Source: Octopus vulgaris
Taxonomy: Eukaryota
Length of the DNA: 64,000 bases
Assembly (NCBI GenBank): GCA_951406725.2
Contig: OX597840.1
Coordinates: 11,346,001-11,410,000, forward strand
Direction: 5' to 3'
Part shown: positions 15,531 to 27,196 of the stretch, piece by piece
How the letters are laid out: every line of letters begins with the position of its first letter
How positions within the stretch are numbered: the stretch's first letter is position 1
Made by a program: the position numbers and the translations under genes
Notes under the pieces: model-generated
What the model saw: the letters and a program-made list of their open reading frames with translations, nothing else
The model's database searches: none
What the model was told of the DNA's origin: nothing

Positions 15531-16010
15531 GAGTGAGAGTGCGGTGCGTGCCATCAAAGTGACACTGGGGTACAAATATACGAAGCCCAGTATACCCATC
15601 ATGACTACCCGTCTCATAAGGGTACACCAGACACGTGCATCACAACCACATGTGCTCGACATAGTGATCTCACATCAAAGTAAACAGCACATAACCTTGC
15701 ATGTGGGGCCCAGTTAGAATTTTTTACATGTCGAGTAGCCCACCCCACACAAAGGTACCTGACTGAATAAGGGTTGTTTAAGGATGTTGAAGAAAACACC
15801 CATGTTTCCAGAGGTGAATTATCCAAACCCCAAAGAATTCCTCTCAACACATGGCTATGATGCTCCCCCACTACTTCTGCTTGTGATCAGAGATGCACAT
15901 ATCGTCAGCCACTAAGGGGCATGCTCAAATTGTTATGGTCAAGCAAGTGACAAGCCGATCTGTGGTATTGAGCAGAATATTTGCTATAGCCCATCTTTTG
16001 TACCAAGAAA
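15530..16010 (-). mobile_element. ~480-bp (TAA)n-associated element, copy 2
   Basis: Similarity to 14199-14678. Confidence 0.85.
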
Positions 16011-16085
16011 AATCAATATATATGATAACATGGTGGTGGTTGTGGTGCTGGTGGTGGTGGTGGTGGTGATCTATATGTAAGATAT

Positions 16086-16500
16086 GGCGATGAGCTGGCA
16101 GAAACGTTAGCACGCCGGGCGAAATGCGTAGCCGTATTTCGTCTGTCGTTACGTTCCGAGTTCAAATTCTGCCGAGGTCGACTTTGCCTTTCATCCTTTC
16201 GGGGTCGATAAATTAAGTACTAGTTACGCACTGGGGTCGATGTAATCGACTTAATCCCTTTGTCTGTCCTTGTTTGTTCTCTCTGTGTGTAGCCCCTTGT
16301 GGGTAATAAAGAAATAGGTATTTCGTCTGCCGTTACGTTCTGAGTTCAAATTCCGCCGAGGTCGACTTTGCCTTTCATCCTTTCGGGGTCGATAAATTAA
16401 GTACCAGTTACGCACTGGGGTCGATGTAATCGACTTAATCCCTTTGTCTGTCCTTGTTTGTCCCCTCTGTGTTTAGCCCCTTGTGGGTAGTAAAGAAATA
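16086..16500 (+). mobile_element. SINE family 2 (tRNA-like head, MetaSINE-like central domain), head plus 2 body units
   Basis: ggcgatgagctggcagaaacgttag (A box); gagttcaaattc (B box); gcctttcatcctttcggggtcgataaattaagtacc. Confidence 0.85.
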
Positions 16501-17187
16501 TATATGTAAAATAAAATTTCATTGCCTTTTCTTGGTTCATTTCGATCAGGTATATTAGTTTTCATTCTTCAATTCTCATTCCACGTCAGATTCGTAATTT
16601 GAAAAAAAATTTTCCCATGTTGCTTTTTAGTCATATTATTGTTTCTGTTTTTCTATTTTTGCTTTTGTTTGTCAAAATTCTGAGTTCTAAAGTTTATTTT
16701 CTGATAGTTTCTTCTTTACTTTGTTTCTTGTCTAACAATTTCATGATTTACAATGCCAATGTTTTAATTTATGCCGTTTGTTATTTATTTTACCATTTTT
16801 TCCTTCCCTCTTTAAGATGTTCGATTTCGGTTTCTGATATTTCTCTACGTTGAGACTACCGTAAATCCTCGAGTATAATCCGCATTTTTTCCCCAAAATT
16901 TAAAGGTCAAAATCCCTAGTGCGTACTATATACGAGGTTAAAAATGAAAAATATTTTCTAAGCAATGTCCGAGTCTCTATTTGCTGTCCGGCAATGTTTA
17001 TTCAGACACATTTAGTGATGTCAGGCGCAAAAATACCTTAAGCTAAGCCTGAAAGCAATGAAGTTATAAAAGAATCATCCATAACTTGCAATAAGCAACA
17101 TTTATTAAACGTTATTACTGTTATTTCTTTATTTTCTGCAAACAAAATTCACAAAAAAGCTACAAGTTTGCATTATGTTATATATAC

Positions 17188-17562
17188 TAGAACTGGGCGC
17201 CACTGCATAGTGCCAAGGACTCCAAATTTGCCATCAAGGTGTAGGACAAGATACCGTGATAGCCTGGGCTTCAGTGGCCCACAGCTCTTCAATATCCTCC
17301 CGAAGAACCTGAGAGACCTGCATGGGGTGGATGCAGATGTCTTTAAAATAAAACTGGATCTCTTCCTGTCAGGTGTCCCTGATGAACCAACTTCACGGCA
17401 GGAGGTGCAGATGAGGGCAGCTGCATCGAACTCTCTCATGCACCAAATGGCAATTGCTAAAAAGCATTCGTGAAGTAAAATCATGTAGCAACACCGAATG
17501 GTGGTGCCCCAGCATGGCCACAGCTTGTGAGCTGAAACTAGATAAAATAAAAAAAATAAAAA
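17188..17562 (+). mobile_element. 3' end of CR1-group LINE family B
   Basis: Encodes RHCIVPRTPNLPSRCRTRY...MAIAKKHS*, near-identical to the C-terminus of the 47911-49075 RT ORF; A-rich tail. Confidence 0.9.
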
Positions 17563-17720
17563 GTGTGGCTGTGTGGTAAGTAGCTTGCTAACCAATCACA
17601 TGGTTCCGGGTTCAGTCCCACTGCGTGGCATCTTGGGCATGTGTCTTCTGCTATAGCCCCGGGCCGACCAAAGCCTTATCAGTGGATTTGGTAGACGGAA
17701 ACTGAAAGAATCCCGTCGTA

Positions 17721-17781
<61 letters not shown>

Positions 17782-17992
17782 TTGTGTGTCTGCGTTTGTC
17801 CCCCTAGCATTGCTTGACAACCGATGCTGGTGTGTTTACGTCCCCGTCACTTAGCGGTCCGACAAAAGAGACCGATAGAATAAGTACTGGGCTTACAAAG
17901 AATAAGTCCCGGGGTCGATTTGCTCGACTAAAGGCGGTGCTCCAGCATGGCCGCAGTCAAATGACTGAAACAAGTAAAAGAGATAAAAGAGA
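17563..17992 (+). mobile_element. SINE family 1 (tRNA head, CORE-like ttgggcaagt segment, internal (TA)n, LINE-B-like tail)
   Basis: gtggctgtgtggtaag (A box); gggttcagtccc (B box); tail ggcggtgctccagcatggccgcagtcaaatgactgaaac. Confidence 0.9.
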
Positions 17993-18477
17993 AATACAAT
18001 AATAATAATAAAGGACGTTACTGTATACATTTTTACAAACTAAGGACGTTATATAGACCTCCTTGACTCAAGTTAGAGAAGGGGTGCGTATTATACACAA
18101 GGTTTAGGTTTTTCAGAGGCGCAACCCCCTAAAAATCCCCGGCGTATTATACTCAAGGGCGGACTATACTCGAGGATTTACGGTATGTCTTCTTAAATTT
18201 GTTTATCTGTTACGTTTAAATCATTAAATCAGGATTATTTTCTCTCCGAATTTTGACTGACAAAACTACCGTAATTTCTTTTATCTTTCAGTGGAGTAGA
18301 GCGTAGCTGTCAAATATGCATCTAGACTTCAAATATATTCTTCTCGTATTCATTTACGTTTCTGCTTTTTTTTTTTTCTCTTTCGTTTCAAGAACTTCAG
18401 GCGTATCGTTCTTTTTCTTTTTTTAAAGATTACCTTCATTTACAGCTGGTTTCCATTTACTCTTCTTCTTTTTTTTT

Positions 18478-18870
18478 TACTCTTTTTACATGTTTCAGTC
18501 ATTTGACAGCGGCCATGCTGGAGCACCGCCTTTAGTCGAGCAAATCGACCCCGGGACTTATTCTTTGCAAGCCCAGTACTTATTCTATCGGTCTCTTTTG
18601 CCGAACCGCTAAGTTACGGGGATATAAACACACAAGCATCGGTTGTCAAGCAATGCTAGGGGGACAAACACAGACACACACATACATATATATATACATA
18701 TATACGACGGGCTTCTTTCAGTTTCCGTCTACCAAATCCATTCACAAGGCTTTGGTCGGCCCGAGGCTATAGTAGAAGACACTTGCCCAAGGTGCCACGC
18801 AGTGGGACTGAACCCGGAACAATGTGGTTGGTAAACAAGCTACTTACCACACAGCCACTCCTACGCCTAT
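18478..18870 (-). mobile_element. SINE family 1, full length
   Basis: Reverse complement of 50002-50420. Confidence 0.9.
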
Positions 18871-18907
18871 TTATCTCATTTATATATTATTATATATATT
18901 ACATATA

Positions 18908-19115
18908 TAAACACAGAGGGGACAAACAAGGACAGACATAGGTATTAAGTCGATTACATCGACCCCAGTGCGTAACTGGTACTTAATTTATCGACCCTGA
19001 AAGGATGAAAGGCAAAGTCGACCTCGGCGGAATTTGAACTCAGAACGTAACGGCAGACGAAATACAGCTACGCATTTCGCCCGGTGTGCTAACGTTTCTG
19101 CCAGCTCGCCGCCTT
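18908..19115 (-). mobile_element. SINE family 2, single unit
   Basis: Reverse complement of 16086-16290. Confidence 0.85.
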
Positions 19116-19220
19116 ATTCAATACCGACTTGTAAGTTCTGGTTTTCGTGCTTTGTATTTATCAAATTCAAAGAATACATTCTCTTTTTAACCTTGGGCTG
19201 AATAATACAGTAATCATTTG

Positions 19221-20311
19221 TGGAGGCGCAATGGCCCAGTGGTTAGGGCAGCGGACTCGCGGTCATAGGATTGCGGTTTCGATTCCCAGACCGGGCGTTG
19301 TGAGTGTTTATTGAGCGAAAACACCTAAAAGCTCCACGAGGCTCCGGCAGGGGTGGTGGTGATCCCTGCTGTACTCTTTGACCACAACTTTCTCTCACTC
19401 TTACTTCCTATTTCTGTTGTACCTGTATTTCAAGGGGCCGGTCTTGTCACTCTCTGTGTCACGCTGAATATCCCCGAGAACTACGTTAAGGGTACACGTG
19501 TCTGTGGAGTGCTCAGCCACTTACACGTTAATTTCACAAGCAGGCTGTTCCGTTGATTCGGATCAACCGGAACCCTCGTCGTCGTAACCGACGGAGTGCT
19601 TCGATTTCAAAGGGCCGGCCTTGTCACTCTCTGTGTCACGCTGAATATCCCCGAGAACTACGTTAAGGGTGCACGTGTCTGTGGAGTGCTCAGCCACTTA
19701 CACGTTAATTTCACAAGCAGGCTGTTCCGTTGATTCGGATCAACCGGAACCCTCGTCGTCGTAACCGACGGAGTGCTTCCATTTCAAAGGGCTGGCCTTG
19801 TCACTCTCTGTGTCACGCTGAATATCCCCGAGAACTACGTTAAGGGTACACGTGTCTGTGGAGTGCTCAGCCACTTACACGTTAATTTCACAAGCAGGCT
19901 GTTCCGTTGATTCGGATCAACCGGAACCCTCGTCGTCGTAACCGACGGAGTGCTTCGATTTCAAAGGGCTGGCCTTGTCACTCTCTGTGTCACGCTGAAT
20001 ATCCCCGAGAACTACGTTAAGGGTCCACGTGTCTGTGGAGTGCTCAGCCACTTACACGTTAATTTCACGAGCAGGCTGTTCCGTTGATTCGGATCAACCG
20101 GAACCCTCGTCGTCGTAACCGACGGAGTGCTTCGATTTCAAAGGGCTGGCCTTGTCACTCTCTGTGTCACGCTGAATATCCCCGAGAACTACGTTAAGGG
20201 TCCACGTGTCTGCGGAGTGCTCAGCCACTTACACGTTAATTTCACAAGCAGGCTGTTCCGTTGATTCGGATCAACCGGAACCCTCGTCGTCGTAACCGAC
20301 GGAGTGCTCCC
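19221..20311 (+). mobile_element. SINE family 3 (tRNA head) with its 177-bp 3' part repeated 5 times
   Basis: Head ggaggcgcaatggcccagtggttagg...ggtttcgattccc. gatcaaccgg recurs at 19561, 19738, 19915, 20092 and 20269. Confidence 0.9.
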
Positions 20312-20692
20312 ACCACCCACAGTTCCCAACGTCTGTGAATGTTATATTTGCTTTTTCCCATATCAGAAACGAAGAATCCTCGTCTGAGCATGTCGTTGTC
20401 TGCAAGTATACGTCATTGAAAAGATTCAAAAAGCCGAAATACTCGCTGACGGTTGCTATGACAAGGTTTTGTCTCCTTTTCTGATATTTCATTGTGTTTT
20501 TAACACAGTTCGTCCATAAGAGATGTTATTTCAAGACAAATACTGCAAAAACTGGCCCATCGACAGTGTGTACACGTTGGTTTCAAATTTTGGCGCAAGG
20601 TCAGCAATTTTGAGAAGGGGTTTACGCGATTGCATCGACCCCAGCACTCAGTTGGTACTTATTTTATCGACCCCGAAAGGATGAATGGCAAA

Positions 20693-20739
<47 letters not shown>

Positions 20740-20854
20740 TGTATGTATGTATGTATGTATGCATACACTCATATAGTCAAATATATATAGATAAATACAT
20801 ATATATTTAGACATATGTATGTATATATGAATCTATCTGTGTATGTATGTATGT

Positions 20855-20981
<127 letters not shown>

Positions 20982-21148
20982 TACACATATATATATATAT
21001 AATCTCTGGATCTCATCTGATGACTATGTGTGTGTATATATATATATATATACGAACCTTGTAAATTCGTTTATACGTGTGCTGTATGTGTGAAGCGTGT
21101 ATATCTATATCTATATCTATATATATACACACACACACACAAATTCAT

Positions 21149-21260
<112 letters not shown>

Positions 21261-21361
21261 TTCATTCATTTGGAGCAAGTAAGGAACTGAAGAAAAATAC
21301 CATTAATTGTTTCGTTGCTAATGCCAACGGAGGGACACGCATTCCGTTCTGGTGCAGAAGG

Positions 21362-21487
21362 CGGAAGACAGGGGCAGAACAGGGCAAAGCAGGGCAAGGC
21401 AAGGAAAAGCAGGGGAAAGAAGGGCAGAGCAGGGCGGGACAGGACAGGGCGGAGCAAAGCGGAACAGGGCCGAGAAAGGCCAGGCTG
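21362..21487. repeat. G-rich degenerate pentamer repeat (AGGGC/AGAGC/AAAGC)n
   Basis: agggc agaac agggc aaagc agggc aaggc...; about 25 units. Confidence 0.8.
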
Positions 21488-21862
21488 GAGTCATTCAAGC
21501 TCTAATGGACGTGATTCATTCATTTTTCACACACTCAGAACGGACCACGTTTGACCCCTAAACAGGAATTTTGTTTTATCTTGTTTTTTTTTTTGGTTCT
21601 TTTAGGATCGAATCCAGGGCAGAATAAGTGTGTGTAAGTGTGTATTCGCGCATCTTTGTGTTAATGCGCGTGTGTGTGTGTGTGTGTATAGGGAGGGAGA
21701 GAGAGGTTACATACATATACATGTATGTATGTGTGTATGTATGTATATATGTGTGTATATACATATATCTCTATATATATGTGTGTGTGTGTGTGTGTGT
21801 CTGTGTGTGTATATGCATATATCTATATACATATGTACATATACATGTATATATGGGCCTGT

Positions 21863-21902
<40 letters not shown>

Positions 21903-22002
21903 TATAATATATACATATATGTGTATGTGTATATGAGTGTATGTGTATATATATATATATATGTATATATGTGTGTATATATGTATATATACACACACAA
22001 AC

Positions 22003-22050
<48 letters not shown>

Positions 22051-22605
22051 ATGATTGTATGTATGTATGTATGTACATACATGCATAAATACATATATAC
22101 ATGCATATAAAGAGGCAGAGAGAGAGTCTTGCAGTGTTTGTAATTCTATATATCTATGCATTTATATTAGTGTACATGCATGTGTGTATATATATATATA
22201 TATATATATGCTCATGTGTGTGTGTCTATGTTTGTAAACTCGTGTGCAGATCATAGGGAGGATCTTGTGTGATGGAGAATGTGAAAGAAAACGTTTTCTA
22301 TGTGTCCCTAATGACGGGCTGTTGTATGGCAAAGAGAGTTTTTCAATCACTAACGAATCGTATTGTTTGGTGAATTCCTTAATTTGCTGCCGAGAGATCG
22401 AGAAATCCCTCGATCTTTCTCCTCATTCAATGTCTATTTTGATGTCAAACGGCAGCAGCAGCAGCAGCAACAACAACAACAACAACATCAACATCAATAG
22501 CTGCGGCAAAAACGACACCAGCGGCCACGTGTCCCTCTGTGTTGTGGTTTCGAACGTTCTTAACTCTGCTTCAAAGAACACTGCACCATATATATCTCAT
22601 ATATG

Positions 22606-22675
<70 letters not shown>

Positions 22676-22704
22676 AATATATATATATATATACATATGT
22701 ATGA

Positions 22705-22749
<45 letters not shown>

Positions 22750-22752
<3 letters not shown>

Positions 22753-22928
22753 GAAATTTACAGAAAAACGATAGACGAAGACAGGTGTATAAACAACAAG
22801 CAGGTGTATTAGTTTGACGCTCGGAAAAGTGAGAAAGTCTTTTACATTTCGAGCCTACGCTCTTCAGCATAAAGGAATAAGAGAAAATAAACAGAGAGAG
22901 AATAAAAAACTTGTGGCTTTAGCGACAC

Positions 22929-22930
<2 letters not shown>
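22750..22930 (-). mobile_element. HHR-bearing cassette family H2 in (TA)n
   Basis: At 22839-22874 the minus strand reads cttt-ATGCTGA-agagc-gtag-gctc-GAAAT-GTA-aaag. Related to 23367-23548 and 49133-49313. Confidence 0.7.
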
Positions 22931-23011
<81 letters not shown>

Positions 23012-23366
23012 TATATTTTGAGAAAAAGACCTGCTGTTTATTCAGCACGTTTATATATTCAATGGATTTACACTGAAAGGGGCAATACTGCAAAATTATA
23101 AGTTTTTATCCAAATCTTGGCTACCTATTTTCTAAGTATATAAAATGTGTTCACCACTCCAAACAATTTATACACATACATACATATATACATAGATATA
23201 TATACATATATATATATATATATGTGTGTATATATATATATATATCTCACATACATACATACATACGCGCACCTTCATCTTGGGATCACCACTACATTAT
23301 TATCTCCTCTTCTTTCTGGCTCTCCTCTTCTGACCACCTCAGTCCAGCCAGCCGCCATGATCGCCC

Positions 23367-23548
23367 GCTAGCCACTAAAGCTTTTTTTTTTAATTCTCTC
23401 TCTGTTTATTTTCTCGTGTTCCTTTCTGTTGAAGAGCATAGGCTCGAAACATAAAAGTCTTTCTCGCCTTCCCGAGCGTTAAACTAATACACCTGTTTGT
23501 TGTTTATACACCTGTCTCCGTCTTTTGTTCTTTTGTAAATTCCAACTA
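23367..23548 (+). mobile_element. HHR-bearing cassette family H2
   Basis: 23422-23457 reads cttt-CTGTTGA-agagc-atag-gctc-GAAAC-ATA-aaag. Confidence 0.7.
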
Positions 23549-23579
23549 TATACATATACATACATACATATATAAATAC

Positions 23580-23705
<126 letters not shown>

Positions 23706-23714
23706 GAAAGTAGT

Positions 23715-24097
23715 AGGAGCACTCCGTCGGTTACGACGATGAGGGTCCCAGCTGATACGATCAACGGAACAGCTTGCACGTGGAATTAACGTGCAAGTGG
23801 CTGAGCATTCCACAGACACGTGTACCCTTAACGTAGTTCTCGGGGAGATTCAACGAGACACAGAGTGTGACAAGGCTGGCCCTTTGAAATACAGGTACAA
23901 CAGAAACAGGAAGTAAGAGTGAGAGAAAGTTGTGGTGAAAGAGTACAGCAGGGATCACCACTACCCCCTGCCGGAGCCTCGTGGAGCTTTTAGGTGTTTT
24001 CGCTCAATGAACACTCACAACGCCCGGTCTGGGAATCGAAACCGCGATCCTATGACCGCGAGTCCGCTGCCCTAACCACTGGGCCATTGCGCCTCCA
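23715..24097 (-). mobile_element. SINE family 3, single full copy
   Basis: Reverse complement of 19221-19602. Confidence 0.9.
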
Positions 24098-24109
24098 CAA
24101 TTAACATAT

Positions 24110-24638
24110 ATATAACTTAGTATAACTTAGAAAGGTTTTGGCCAGTATTGGCCCAGGCCATGTCTAACTTAATAGCACCACCTGGCGAAGTCTTTCAATT
24201 CAGGATTTGGACACCAAGGCCCATTCGAGCAGAGAGTTATTGTTTGCGGAGACATATCCGGGTGTGGGTGGTTTGTCCGGGACAGTTTGAAGGAATTTGT
24301 CCAAAGACTTCTTGTTGTTGACGTGTCCTGGTGTAATGTTGAAGAGAGCGGGTCCAATTGAGGTGAAATAATTGTGCCGCAATGTTGTTATGAGATGCGA
24401 TTTAGATTTTTGTTGTGGACGGATGGCACGGGGTCCAAGTCTTGGATGTATTTTGAAGGTGATGCCAACATCATTCGGACAGTGCTGATGGAATATTTTC
24501 CACATCATACAGATAATGTAGCGTTCACGGCGTCGTTGGAGTGAATACAGTTTCAGCTTTTCCAGTCGACCCCAGTAGTCGAGGTCTGACATGCCATCTA
24601 TCTTTTTCGTGATTGACCTTTGGGGAGCTTCAACTTTC

Positions 24639-24640
<2 letters not shown>
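24110..24640 (-). mobile_element. 3' end of CR1-group LINE family A
   Basis: PQRSITKKIDGMSDLDYWGRLEKLKLYSLQRRRERY...LDKFLQTVPDKP. The 3' UTR with ctaagttata repeats is shared with 57340-57678. Confidence 0.85.
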
Positions 24641-24685
<45 letters not shown>

Positions 24686-24692
<7 letters not shown>

Positions 24693-25009
24693 GTTACATT
24701 TACTCAATAGTCAAGATAAAACTCTGAGTTTCAGATGCCGAAGTGGAAATCCACAACACCATCTTCTTCGGTTATCTGGCCATCTGAAAAACGCTATGAA
24801 AAAACATATGACGGTATTTTTTCAGAGCGTTTTTCAGATGGCCAGATAACCGAAGAGATGGTGTTGTGGATTTCCACTTCGGCATCTGAAACTCAGAGTT
24901 TTATCTTGACTATTGTGTAAATGTAACATATTATTTTATAGATAAATTTCCTCTATTTACATAATATTGAGGTCTCTTTCTTTCTTTTGTTATCTTACCG
25001 TTTTTGCCA
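24686..25009. mobile_element. Foldback cassette (~250-bp hairpin plus 3' extension) with an HHR motif in each arm, in (TA)n
   Basis: Near-perfect inverted repeat 24686-24934. 24845-24905 reads gataa-CCGAAGA-gatg...catct-GAAAC-tcaga-GTT-ttatc. Confidence 0.8.
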
Positions 25010-25089
25010 ATATATATATATATATATATATATATTTATTTTATAGAAGGAGCTTCTACAGGACTAGAACTGTTTCATTCAAATGAAAA

Positions 25090-25140
25090 AGCTTCCTGAT
25101 GATTTCATCTGAATGAAACAGTTCTAGTCCTGTAGAAGCT
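25090..25140 (+). ncRNA. Type I hammerhead ribozyme with canonical core, inside a 120-bp hairpin (25036-25156)
   Basis: agcttc-CTGATGA-tttcatctgaat-GAAACAG-ttctagtc-CTGTA-gaagct: 6-bp stem I, 4-bp stem III, GUA triplet with predicted cut after 25134; stem II is short. Confidence 0.75.
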
Positions 25141-25222
25141 CCTTCTATAAAATAAATTAATTTACTCTGCTATGTATTGAGTACCTTATTTACTGTGGTT
25201 AACCCCGACTCAACCCGGGACC

Positions 25223-25261
<39 letters not shown>

Positions 25262-25698
25262 CCAGTTGTGTTGAAAAATAATTGTGTATTATATATAATT
25301 TGAGTAAGGAGGTTCATTAATGTTCTGGTTTTAAATGTATATGGTAAAATTTTTATTATTTTGTATATATAACATCAAAACAAGTTTTGTTTGCAGACAA
25401 AGAAATAACAGAAATAACGTTTAATAAATCTACTGCAAGTTATGGATGCTTTTATCATTATTGCTATATATATTACCTGACATAATGTCTGAATAAACAA
25501 GACAGATACTGAAAATTGCTTAGAAAATAATTATTAACTGTATATAGCTGGGATTTTGACCTTTAAATTTTGGGAAAATATTATACTGAGGATTGTATTT
25601 CTCAATTTTACCTAAATTTGTTGCTGTCTCTTATTCTCTCAAATTACAATAATTAAAGCGCCGTATTACACCAGACACCAAATTGCACCAAAATATCA

Positions 25699-25746
<48 letters not shown>

Positions 25747-25776
25747 TACACGCATACACTTTATACGCGTATATAG

Positions 25777-25853
<77 letters not shown>

Positions 25854-26296
25854 TGTGTGAGAGCGTGAGTGTGTGTGTGTGTGTGTGTGCATACGTATGT
25901 GTGTGTGTGTCTGTGTGTTTGTGTGCTGTACGTGCAGATGACACAGATTCGGCTGATCTAAAGCCGTGAATATTTCTCGGAGGTTTACAAAGGTTTGCTA
26001 TGAATGAACAAAAGAATATACATAATAAAGTGTACGAAAATATAATATAATTTTCTACTTCGTTAAGGCCTGCGGCAAATTTAATTTTACATTAATTAAA
26101 GGTATATTAATTGAAGCTGAAATCTAATTGGGTCACGAGAAGGAATGCGATTTGGAAATGGATAAAATAAAAATATAGAAAAAAGACCGAAAACCTATTG
26201 ACTCTTAAAATTCCTGAACCAGGAAATCCCTTCATGGTTGCCCTTACAAGTTTCTAGAAAGAGCAGCTAAATATTCCTACAAATAATTCCTTACTG

Positions 26297-27196
26297 TATT
26301 TCGTTTTTGGAATTGGTTTGCAAGATTCTTTATATGAGTTCGTGTGTTGTAGTATATTTTGTTGTGTCTGGGGAGGGTCATTTTCTTTTTGTGCCTTATA
26401 ATGTAACACACTCACCGGTAAAATTTCCACTTATTTTCTTATTTTTATTTACCTAAAATGTTCGTTGCGTCTTGCAACCTGTTCAGTAGTCCTTGGTTTG
26501 TAAGAATGTATACGGTAACGTTCTTTATTATTATTGTAATATTGAAGAATATTGAAAAGGTTGCAAGACGCAACGAAAATTTTAGGAAAATAAAATTGAG
26601 AAATACAGTAAATCCTCGAGTATAATCCGCATTTTTTTCCCAAAATTTAAAGGTCAAAATCCCTAGTGCGTACTATATACGAGGTTAAAAATGAAAATTA
26701 CTTTCTAAGCAATTTTCGAGTCTCTATTTGCTGTCCAGTAATGTTTATTCAGACACATTTTGTGATGTCAGGCACGAAAATACCTTAAGCTAAGCCTGAA
26801 AGCAATGAAGTCATAAAAGAATCATCCATAACTTGCAGTAAGCAACATTTATTAAACGTTATTTCTGTTATTTCTTTATTTTCTGCAAACAAAATGCACA
26901 AAAAAGCTACACGTTTACATTATGTTATATATACAATAATAATAAAGGACGTTACCGTATACATTTTTACAAACCAAGGACGTTATATAGACCTCCTTGA
27001 CTCAAGTTAGAGAAGGGGTGCGTATTATACACAAGGTTTAGGTTTTTCAGAGGCACAGCTCCCTAAAAATCCCCGGCGTATTATACTTAAGTGCGGACTA
27101 TACTCTTAAGATTTACGGTAAGTGGAAATTTTACCGGTGAGTGTGTTAAATTATAAGGCACAAAAAGAAAATGACTCTCTACAGACACAACAGAAT
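26297..27196. mobile_element. Foldback element with degenerate HHRs near its centre, interrupted by a Tc/pogo-like MITE (26604-27120)
   Basis: Arms match 873-1110. 26551-26586 reads TTGAAAA-g-gttgc-aagac-gcaac-GAAA-atttt-a; its mirror at 26452-26486 has core CTGAACA. Confidence 0.75.

Larger units (their letters stand above)
16857..18185. mobile_element. Tc1/mariner-superfamily (pogo/Tc2-like) MITE with TA TSD, interrupted by a LINE+SINE insert
   Basis: TIRs ta-ccgtaaatcctcgagtata ... tatactcgaggatttacgg-ta. An uninterrupted copy is at 26604-27120. Confidence 0.85.

Noticed and set aside
19221-19296. tRNA genes at SINE heads
   Set aside because: A/B boxes are present but there is no complete cloverleaf, and they continue into multi-copy SINE bodies.
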